A DNA stretch of 64,000 bases, taken from Macrostomum hystrix (lineage: Eukaryota; Animalia; Platyhelminthes). Of this stretch, positions 54,801 to 64,000 are shown piece by piece. Made by a program: the position numbers and the translations under genes. Position 1 is the first letter of the stretch. Each line of letters starts with the position of its first letter. The stretch is taken from positions 13,888,001 to 13,952,000 of the forward strand of contig CATNEN010000038.1 in the NCBI GenBank assembly GCA_950097015.1. Direction: 5' to 3'. A model generated the notes under the pieces. It was not told where the DNA came from. It saw only the letters and a list, made by a program, of their open reading frames with translations, and ran no database searches.

Positions 54801-57800
54801 GATAAAGTAGATAATCCCATCTGATCCACCAACTAATAAAGTAGATAATCCCTTCTGATCCACCTACTGATAAAGTAGATAATCCCATCTGATCCAACAA
54901 CTGATAAAGTAGATAATCCCATCTGATCCACCAACTGATAAAGTAGATAATCCCATCTGATCCACCACCTGATAAAGTAGATAATCCCATCTGATCCACC
55001 ACCTGATAAAGTAGATAATCCCATCTGATCCACCTACTGATAAAGTAGATAATCCCATCTGATCCACCAACTGATAAAGTAGATAATCCCATCTGATCCA
55101 CCTACTGATAAAGTAGATAATCCCATCTGATCCACCAACTGATAAAGTAGATAATCCCATCTGATCCACCTACTGATAAAGTAGATAATCCCATCTGATC
55201 CACCAACTGATAAAGTAGATAATCCCATCTGATCCACCAACTGATAAAGTAGATAATCCCATCTGATCCACCAACTGATAAAGTAGATAATCCCTTCTGA
55301 TCCACCAACTGATAAAGTAGATAATCCCATCTGATCCACCAACTGATAAAGTAGATAATCCCATCTGATCTCACCAGGCATTCTGCAGTTCAGCAAGCGT
55401 GACCAGCACAAACCGGTGCTGATCGGCCTGGACTGCCTTTCAGTCCTGAAGCCGCTGCTGCAGAAACGCCATGCCGCCAGGGATGACGAAGTTCGAGCCT
55501 TCCTGGAGATCGCCCTGTCGCTGGCGCTTTATCCGACTTGCTCCGACGAGGTCAAGAAGGCCCTGGAAGCAGATCTGGCTGCTCTGTCTGCGTACAGCGA
55601 GAAATGGAAAAACTCTTGCCAAATGCGCTCGCTGATCTTGCTAATTAGAGGCAAATTTGGTATATTAATTTGGCTACATAATCCTACTAATAGTAGGATA
55701 AAATGTGTCAATCGACTAAAAACCGATGCGTACAACAGCATTTTCATTTCAGAGCCTAATTCCGCTCCGGCGAGATCCAACGAAGCAGTTTGGACTACTG
55801 ACGCTTTCGCAGATGACAACGAGGGTACTTCAACAAACTTTTAACGTTTGTTAAATACTAAATTATCCATTTTATATGGTTGCTGGAAGCGTCTTTATTG
55901 AATTAACGTGCTAGTACTTTCCTGTATTAAGTTTAATTACTTGTACTTTAGGAATAATCGGAAGTTACTTGAATTAACGAAAGTTACTTGTATGAACGGA
56001 AGTAACTTGTATCAACGGAAGTTACTTGTCTTAATGGACGTTACTTGTATTAATGGAAGTTACTTGAATTAACGGAAGTTGCTTGTATCAATGGAAGTTA
56101 CTTGTATTAACGGAAGTTACTCGTATTAACGGAAGTTGCTTGAATTAACGAAAGTTACTTGTATTAAAGGAAGTTACTTGTAATAACGAAAGTTACTTGT
56201 ATCAATGGAAGTTACTTAAATTAACGGAAGTTACTTGTATTAACGAAAGTTACTTGTATGAACGGAAGTACAAGCTACGAGTTACTTGTATGATACTCGT
56301 AGCTTGTATCAACGGAAGTTACTTGTCTTAATGGACGTTACTTGTATTAATGGAAGTTACTTGTATTAACAAAAGTAACTTTTATTAACGAAAAAACTTG
56401 TATTAATTAACGGAAGTTACTTGTATCATTTTAGAGACATTGGCACCCAACACTACAATAGAAGTAGAGGACGATGGTACTGCTGATGTCAACAGAGGTA
56501 CGAGTATTATAACTGATTGCAGTCGGTTGATTGTGCATTTATTGATATCTTAGCTATGCAAATATGATACAGCTAAAATTTCGAAGAATTTTTTATCGCA
56601 AATTGATAGAGTTTGTCGCGCAAGTTGCCAATACAGAAACAGATTTGCGTGACGCTAATCCAAAGCAGCAGCAGAAAATTTCTGGTAAGAGCCATTGCTA
56701 GTGGCCCAGTCTGTGTACAAGGTGGGGCCTAGTCTGTGTACCAGGTGTGTGGCCTAGTCTGTGTACAAGGTGTGGCTTAATCTGGGAACAAGGTATTGCC
56801 TAGTCTGTGTACACGTTTTGACCTAGTCTGTGTACAAGGTATGGCCTAGTCTGTGTACAAGGATAGCCTAAGTCTGTATACAAGGTGTGTGGCCTAGTCT
56901 GTGTACAAGGTGTGGCTTAGTCTGGGTACAAGGTATTGCCTAGTCGGTGTACAAGTTATGACCTAGTCCTCGCACCAATTTCACAAAGCCAACCTGCGCT
57001 AAACTTCAGCCAGTCAGCTGATTGTCGGCTACTCAAGGAATGCCCCAGCAGACGCCACATTTGCCAAATGGCTTGTGGACCAGCTGAACAAGATTGGACA
57101 GGCGGTTAGTCGGACACCAGCTCAATATTTTTACGATTTGAGTGAGAAATTGACTCAAATTTACTTGAAAACTATATTTTGACCAGAGCTGGACAGTCGA
57201 TATAACTCCCAAGCTTTTGGAAGAGCCACCTCAGCAGCCAGAGCGTCTCTGTACCATAGATGCTATCAATGATTGCCGGGCCCTGATCTCCTGCGTATCG
57301 AGGGCCTACGAGGAGGACTGCGTCTGCAGGCACGGTAAGACAGCGTTGAACGGCTGAATGCGGGTCAGGGTGTGGCGCATTTAGGAGCAAGTAATTACAC
57401 GCTAACAGATTTCATTGGGCTATGACTACAATCAAGGACAATCAGCTACTCCCAAACCACCCAACAACCACCCAGCAACCACCCAGCAACCACCCAGCAA
57501 CCACCCAGCAACCCCCAGCAGCCACCCAGCAACCACCTAACAACCCCCAGCAACCATCCAGCAACCACGGCAGCAGGCAAGCCGTCGATCCCTACCATCC
57601 CTACAGAAGTGCAGCTCGCCTCGGAACTGCGCAAGCCCTGGATTGCTCTACGCTGCAATTCCGCACAGGACAGCTACAGCCCAGGCGGCTGGCTCCTGGC
57701 CTGTCTGGGCGATCGGGCCACCTGGGAAGCTTTGCTGGATTTCTCAAACAGAAATCTTTGGGCAGATTCATTGGACAAGCTGAGCAAACTGCTCAAAGAG

Positions 57801-58106
57801 CCACTAGAACCGTTCGTCGTCACCCAGTCGTCCACAATCGGCCAGCAGCGGTCGCGTCTAGACCCAGTCGCGAACTTCAAGAACTGGACGCCGTCGGAAG
57901 TTGGCGAATGGCTGGACAAACACGAGCTGCCCAAGGATCGCCTGAATTACCTGGACGGTGGCCACCTGCAGTTTCTTGCCGATCTAAAGAAGCACGCACC
58001 TGAAGCTTTCTACCGGATGCTGCGTGAGGACCTGGGTTTGAGTGGCTTCCTGTTAGTGTACCGGTTCGCCATGGCTGTTGAAAGCCTGCAAATTTACGGC
58101 CGATGA
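45805..58106 (+). CDS. ARM-like repeat / TIR / SAM domain protein (~694 aa). Exons 45805-46105, 47693-48241, 55378-55659, 55753-55824, 56435-56497, 56610-56684, 57010-57104, 57187-57334, 57607-58106
   Basis: Phase-compatible GT-AG joins (2085 nt, open). TIR: QLIVGYSRN..DATFAKWLVDQL, AINDCRALISCVSRAYEEDCVCRHEVQLASELRKPWIALR, GWL; SAM: NWTPSEVGEWL...LDGGHLQFL; helical ARM-like N-terminal half. Confidence 0.85.
46167..46330 (+). mobile_element. tRNA-derived SINE-like element in intron 1 of the TIR gene
   Basis: A-box TGGCAGAGCGG and degenerate B-box GAGCTCGATTCC at tRNA-like spacing; no intact cloverleaf. Confidence 0.55.
46891..47642. mobile_element. hAT (Charlie-like) MITE containing a 16-bp minisatellite
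   Basis: Left end CAGGGGTCGGCAAA...GCGGGCCA; right end TGGCCCGCGGGCCGGAGTTTGCCGATCCCTA; TSD not recognisable. Confidence 0.7.
46972..47548. repeat. 16-bp purine-rich minisatellite
   Basis: gagacacgggagagat units. Confidence 0.95.
48290..55372. repeat. 34-bp minisatellite, ~7.1 kb (~208 copies), filling intron 2 of the TIR gene
   Basis: ctgataaagtagataatcccatctgatccaccaa units; source of all minus-strand ORFs from 48336 to 55411. Confidence 0.98.
55955..56425. repeat. 20-bp minisatellite (intronic)
   Basis: aacggaagttacttgtatt-type units. Confidence 0.9.
56703..56968. repeat. ~23-bp minisatellite (intronic)
   Basis: ggcctagtctgtgtacaaggtgt units. Confidence 0.85.
57455..57570. repeat. 11-bp repeat (intronic)
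   Basis: cagcaaccacc units. Confidence 0.8.
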
Positions 58107-58824
58107 GAGGAACTTCTGTTGCTGACTTTCCTTCTGACAAAACTGAGACTCGTTTCACCAGTATTCCAGACAATCTTAACAAATTTACAGCTGAATTTTA
58201 TGCGCTAGAACCACTTACACTCCAGTGAATTTTATATTTCACAAATGAACATTTTACTGAGGACGTTGCGTCAAAATATTTTTTTCGTTAACTGTTGGAA
58301 TTTTTTCTACGTGTGTAAGTATTTTTTATATTGAATAGATAAGGACAATATAAAACTGAAAGTTTTGCTCAAACACCTTCCGTAATAACCAATTTAGAAA
58401 TTTTAGACAATAAAATATCAAGCCGTTTTTTTAGTGACAGGGGTCAAGCAACACCGTCACGTGATGCTTGCGAGGCAAGGAACTAGGCCGACAATTGGAG
58501 TTATATAGGAAAAATATCTGAGGTGTCACGTGAGCGGGTAAATTAAAGTTGTTCTATTTTTAGAAACAAGGTCAAGGTCAAATGTGATGCGAGTATTGCG
58601 GGAATTTTTTTTGCCACGGGTTCTATTTTTAGCTTTTTGTACATATCGTACAAAAATTTCCTAGTGAATAAATCATTAGACAGCTTATACAATACTAATT
58701 TCGACTGTTCATAAAAGTAGTGGATCTGTCAGTGGATCAGAGGATTTGTACTATTTAATCAAAATCTATTTGTAATTTCATAGACGCGCCTAAATATGTG
58801 CGAAAGACATAATATTTCAGAAAG

Positions 58825-59874
58825 TTAATCTGCGCCTAAACTACTAGAAGTAGTGCAGTAGTTGACAAAATTAGCAAACAGCATCATGTCCTGGCAGTGG
58901 CATAGGGTCAGGCGGTGAATGCCGTGCAGATCGCACTGGCTCAGGATGCCATCAGCCTCCTTGTGTTTGAGATCCACGCCGTTCTGTGCGTACAGGTAGA
59001 CCAGCTTTCTCAGACTCAAGAGTTGGAATTTGATCAGCAATTGCTCTGGTACATCAGAGTCATCTTATGCAGCATAATTACCCGAAAAACAAAGCATAAC
59101 TTTAAAATTATAAAACGAAGCCTAGTATCAGGCGGTTTCGCAAAGCCGACATTTTACAACACCGAAATAAAAAACCCAAAACCCTTTGAAATTTCATTGC
59201 CTAGATAAAATACTTTACAACGTCCCAATGTCTCCATCACTGCAATGAATTTTGGCGTCGTGAAATTCCGATATCATGAAAAAAATTGTCCTACTCCTAC
59301 GTTGCGAAATTTCGTGTTTGTGAAACACCTTCGCGAAAATGCTGTGGGTTAACTCGGAACACACTTACGAAAATAATCTCGTAAATTGAGAGGCAGGATG
59401 AGCGACGTGAGAAATAGGGGTGTCACGGAATGGGGTAGCGCCTGAAAATAACGAGGTGGAGAGATAAGAAGGGGCCACAACGGTAAATCGATAATTAGTC
59501 AGTATGTACATACGTACAGGTAAACAATAACAGAAGGGGAGGAGCACTTTGTGAAGGGAAAGAGAGAGGGAGGGCCAAATTTCGCGACACCTGTACAGGT
59601 GGATGCTGTGTTTTTTTATAAATGAGTTTTTAGACATTTAAATCAGCAATCAGCACCTTCAACAGCGTGCTCACCTGACTCTCCGTGCTCAATATCCCGA
59701 AGAAGCCGTCAATCAGCTGTTGAAAGTTGAGCTCCAGATTGCCCATTGACACTATAGCGACAGCTCATCATGCTGCGCGAACTGCTGCAGTCGCCGCGAG
59801 GAGCAGTTGACGCCGAACAGGCACAGGCAGTAGGCAAGCTGGGGCAATAGGTTAATTGCTTTTTTCCTAGCTTC
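58825..59874 (-). pseudogene. Degenerate calmodulin/EF-hand-like locus (exon-like blocks ~59874-59675 and ~59063-58825)
   Basis: LPQLAYCLCLFGVNCSSRRLQQF / GNLELNFQQLIDGFF and LRKLVYLYAQNGVDLKHKEADGILSQCDLHGIHRLTLCHCQDMM parallel calmodulin helix-loop spacing; a frameshift is needed near 59755 and splice phases do not join cleanly. Confidence 0.35.
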
Positions 59875-59984
59875 CTGAAGACACGAACATCAATGACATC
59901 AATCTCAATGACAATTTAATATTACACAGAGCTGTCCCGTTGCACTCTCGGGGTAAAACTGCAGACTCTGTAGCTGATTTTCGA

Positions 59985-60730
59985 GGGTGTCAGGAGCAGG
60001 CAGTGAGATGTCAGGAAGGGTATCAGATGCAGACAGTGAGAAATCAGGGATAATGTCAGATTCAGGCTGTGAGATGTCAGGGGTGTCAGGAGCAAGCAGT
60101 GAGATGTCAGGGAGGGTGTCAGGAGCAGGCAGTGAGATGTCAGGGAGGGTGTCAGGAACAGGCAGTGAGATGTCAGGAAGGGTATCAGATGCAGGCAGTG
60201 AGATTTCAGGGATGATGTCAGATGCAGGCTGTGAGATGTCAGGGATGGTGTCAGGAGCAAGCAGTGAGAGATCAGGGAGGGTGTCAGGAGCAGGCAGTGA
60301 GATGCCAGGAAGGGTATCAGATGCAGGCAGTGAGATTTCAGGGATGATGTCAGATGCAGGCTGTGAGATGTCAGGGGTGTCAGGAGCAAGCAGTGAGATG
60401 TCAGGGATGGTGTCAGGAGCAAGCAGTGAGAGATCAGGGAAGGTGTCAGGAGCAAGCAGTGAGATGTCAGGAAGGGTATCAGATGCAGGCTGTGAGATGT
60501 CAGGGGGTGTCAGGAGCAAGCAGTGAGATGTCAGGGGGTGTCAGGAGCAAGCAGTGAGATGTCAGGAAGGGTATCAGATGCAGGCTGTGAGATGTCAGGG
60601 GGTGTCAGGAGCAAGCAGTGTGATGTCAGGGATGGTGTCAGGAGCAAGCAGTGAGAGATCAGGGAGGGTGTCAGGAGCAAGCTGTGAGATGTCAGGGAGG
60701 GTGTCAGTAGCAGGGAGTGAGATGTCAGGT
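59985..60730. repeat. ~33-bp minisatellite with alternating variants
   Basis: gtcaggagcaagcagtgagatgtcagggaggg-type units. Confidence 0.92.
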
Positions 60731-61199
60731 CAGGCTGTCTGATGCAGTGAAATAATAAGACATGCATCAAACGCATGCACTGTTATACCAATATAAAATA
60801 ATAAATGTTTAAAATGTATGACATGTCAGGTGGACGACATGGACGCCATTGTGTACTAATTTCGTAGAAGATTTTGCATCTTCAGAGCTGCAACAAAAAT
60901 TACTAATTATAGTTGGGAAAAGTTTTAGAAAGCTCAACGTTGGCTATGTACAGACAAAAATTAAAAGCTCCGAATATCGCTTTCTATTTTTAATTCGCAC
61001 CAAACTAGAGAAAAAGTTAGTCTAGAAAGTATTCATGTGAAAAAATATAATATCCCTATAGAGTTCTGTTCTTTATTTTATTCTTTCAGTTGAGGCGCCA
61101 ATTCTAAGAATAGAACGCATCTACTGAAATGCAAAATACAAACAAAAAGCGTCTGCCATATTGATTGGTTTTAACTTAGGCAAGCTAATTGTTCTACTG

Positions 61200-62309
61200 T
61201 TAGTAGCCATTCGGGGGCGTAGTTCCGTACATGACGGACCGGCATTCGTCTTCGTGCTGGGATATGCTGTGCCATGGCACAGTGGAGTGACAATAGCGGC
61301 ACTCTTTGACGTGGCGATTCTTTTCGAGACGCTTCAGCGGGTGGTTGCGACTGTACCAGTTGCGGATCAGGTAGCCAGGCTCCGTCCCGCGTGCCGTGTC
61401 GCTTGAGGCCGCCTCCACCTGGCGGTTTGAGGCGACAAGAAAGTTGAGTACTGTTTCTATGAGGGCCGAGAACTGCGTCTAGACGCATCAAATCAAATCA
61501 TGTCGAATGTATTATGTCGGATGTATCATGTCGGATGTATTATGTCGGATGAATTGTCAAATTTACGGTACCGAATTTAAGTTAGTAGGATGTGACGAGT
61601 CGCAAGTCGCATGTGCTTGTTGAATGTTTCATATTTCGAAAGTATCATGTCGAATGTATCATGTTAAATGTATCATGTTGGATGTATCAGGCTGAATGAA
61701 TCATGTTGAATGTGCAATGCTGAATGTATCATGCAGAATGTATTATGTCGAATGAATTATATCGAATTTACGGTACCGAATTAAACTTTGTTGGATTTGA
61801 CGTGTCTCAGTCGCATGTGCTTGTCAAATGTCGATACTCAAGTGTGAGTGTGAAAAAGCAACAAAAGCGAAAGGCCACCCCACCTCCTTCTTGCACTTGG
61901 CCTGGTGAGCCAGCAGCGAGGCGGAGCCGAACTCTATGCCACAGAAGCGACACGGCATGCCCTTGGAGTTGCAGCCCGCGAAGTCGAAGTCCAGATCGCG
62001 CCTCAAAAACTCCGGTATGGTGCCGCTCATGTCGCGCAGATATTTCTGCTCCGCGTCCTGGGCGGAGGACCAGTTCAGCGGGACTGGCATCATGATGGCC
62101 GGCTCCTCGCCCAGGAAGGTGCGAATTCCTGAGGGCAGCTCGTTGGCCAATTGAAACTGTCCGACATTGGTCAGCTGCTCCGGCCCGAAGGGGCTCGGCC
62201 TGCTGAAGCCGGACCGGTGGGACGATGCTCCATCGGAGTTGGTCTTGTTGGCTGTGCTGTCAAACTTGACATGTCTGCGGCTGCCCCCGTTGCCATTTGA
62301 AGACGACAT
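61200..62309 (-). CDS. Two-finger C2HC zinc-finger protein (zf-C2HC_2 type, ZNF474/ZC2HC1-like), 214 aa. Exons 62309-61884, 61418-61200
   Basis: CRFCGIEFGSASLLAHQAKC and CRYCHSTVPWHSISQHEDEC, both C-x2-C-x11-H-x3-C; phase-0 GT-AG join. Confidence 0.75.
61497..61755. repeat. Degenerate 15-bp repeat in the zinc-finger gene intron
   Basis: atgtcgaatgtatc-type units, in two blocks. Confidence 0.7.
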
Positions 62310-62896
62310 GATTCGTTGAGTTCTGGTGCTCAGAGCTGGGTTTCTATCGTACTATAGAAAGTTGAATAAAACGTTTTCCATTTCTTACGGCTTGGGTTAC
62401 TCAGTTTCACTCTTCGGCCGAGGCTTAGCGCCCGATCTTGTAGGATTGGCCAGAGACGATGTCGATGTTGCAAAGTCGGCTGAGGACTCGTTTATCAGTG
62501 GCCTGGGTTTTTTCCGTCTTAAATATGTAATTTACGTCAAGGTCACGGTCTAGATCAGCCAATCAAAACGCACCTGCCTTGCCATAGATTGAAATTCGGT
62601 ATTTCCACGATGTCTATTTTTAGAGGGTTCGATCCAGGCATGTACAGATGGGTAATTCACAAGGTCGTCCTCATGCATCTTCAGGTCATGCCCCAATAAA
62701 AAACTGCGAACTAGAGCATGTGTTATTGCCAACTAAAATCTTCAGAAAAAATAGTGTCAATGAAAACAGTGGTGTATTTTCAAAATGCGTCAAAAAATCC
62801 TAAAAAATAATCGGGGCTTCTGCAAGCAATGGCCAAAGTATGCTCAGGCGTGAGCATATGAACTCAGATTTTAAGAAAGACGTTCCATAGTAATTT

Positions 62897-63043
62897 CTAT
62901 TTATAAGGGCTGATTATTGACGATTTTGGTCGCTCTTTTGATCGGAACTTGTAGACGACGTTCACCAGGACGATGAAAGCGACGAGGATGGCGCACAGGC
63001 TGGCAGTGGAGATTCCCGCGTGGGCTAATGGGCTTCTGACGGC
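62897..63043 (-). CDS. Probable last exon of a membrane protein whose gene extends beyond the window
   Basis: Acceptor ttttccccacag, then AVRSPLAHAGISTASLCAILVAFIVLVNVVYKFRSKERPKSSIISPYK* (TM helix plus basic stop-transfer). Confidence 0.55.
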   Translation of the reverse strand, partial: AVRSPLAHAGISTASLCAILVAFIVLVNVVYKFRSKERPKSSIISPYK

Positions 63044-63094
63044 CTGTGGGGAAAATTAATCACGGGCTAAAATAGACTGAATGGCTGGCTGGGG

Positions 63095-64000
63095 CACAGG
63101 AATAGCAGTGGTTTAGCAGGAATTGCAGTGGGTTATCAGGAATAGCAATGGGTTATCAGGAATAGCAATGGGTTATCTGGAATAGCAGTGGGTTATCAGC
63201 AATAGCAGTGGGTTATCAGGAATAGCAGTGGGTTATCTGGAATAGCAGTGGGTTATCAGGAATAGCAGTGGTTTATCAGGAATAGCAATGGGTTATCAGG
63301 AATAGCAGTGGGTTATCAGGAATAGCAGTGGTTTATCAGGAATAGCAATGGGTTATCAGGAATAGCAGTGGGTTATCAGGAATAGCAGTGGGTTATCAGG
63401 AATAGCAGTGGGTTATCAGGAATAGCAGTGGGTTATCAGGAATAACAATGGGTTATCAGGAATAGCAGTGGGTTATCAGGAATAGCAGTGGGTTATCAGG
63501 AATAGCAGTGGGTTATCAGGAATAGCAGTGGGTTATCAGGAATAGCAGTGGGTTATCAGGAATAGCAGTGGGTTATCAGGAATAGCAGTGGGTTATCAGG
63601 AATAACAATGGGTTATCAGGAATAGCAGTGGGTTATCAGGAATAGCAGTGGGTTATCAGGAATAGCAGTGGGTTATCAGGAATAGCAGTGGGTTATCAGG
63701 AATAGCAGTGGGTTATCAGGAATAACAATGGGTTATCAGGAATAGCAGTGGGTTATCAGGAATAGCAGTGGGTTATCAGGAATAGCAGTGGGTTATCAGG
63801 AATAGCAGTGGGTTATCAGGAATAGCAGTGGGTTATCAGGAATAGCAGTGGGTTATCAGGAATAGCAATGGGTTATCAGGAATAGCAGTGGGTTATCAGG
63901 AATTGCAGTGGGTTATCAGGCATAGCAGTGGGTTATCAGGAATAGCAGTGGTTTATCAGGAATTGCAGTGGGTTATCAGGAATTGCAGTGGGTTATCAGG
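63095..64000. repeat. 20-bp minisatellite running off the window end
   Basis: aatagcagtgggttatcagg units. Confidence 0.96.

Noticed and set aside
48336-55411. Dozens of long minus-strand ORFs (MDQMGLSTLSVGG...)
   Set aside because: Translations of a 34-bp satellite cycling through all three frames, lying within an intron of a plus-strand gene.
59905-60776. Mucin-like or Ser/Gly-rich ORFs on both strands
   Set aside because: They derive from a ~33-bp tandem array, with no splice or homology support.
14865-64000. CRISPR-like appearance of the 30-38 bp repeats
   Set aside because: Units are head-to-tail with no unique spacers, there are no cas genes, and the context is eukaryotic.

Overview
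Eukaryotic (metazoan) genomic DNA with spliceosomal introns. GC-rich exons separated by introns filled with locus-specific minisatellites suggest a free-living flatworm such as Macrostomum (inference, not tested). Genes reconstructed by hand from splice phases: 3' end of HPD (+); an unannotated minus-strand single-pass receptor-like gene with a partial Venus-flytrap (class C GPCR/ANF-receptor)-like ectodomain; a MAP7/ensconsin-like gene (+, 8 exons); intronless KRTCAP2 (+); PCCB (+, 5 exons, one GC-AG intron); an ARM-TIR-SAM gene (+, 9 exons); a degenerate EF-hand-like locus (-); a two-finger C2HC zinc-finger gene (-); and the last exon of a membrane protein (-). Mobile DNA: a DD34D mariner nested inside a maT-like DD38D element, three MITEs, SINE fragments and about 30 distinct tandem arrays (largest about 7.1 kb). 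Best novelty candidates: (1) a TSD-flanked 105-bp retroposon-like insertion inside a coding exon that carries its own GT...AG pair and restores the frame, i.e. a possible recent intron gain; (2) a SARM1-like ARM-TIR-SAM protein with permuted domain order and the TIR catalytic glutamate retained; (3) the flytrap-like single-pass receptor with a tyrosine-motif tail. Most long ORFs in the supplied track are repeat artefacts. All family assignments come from motif recognition, not database searches.
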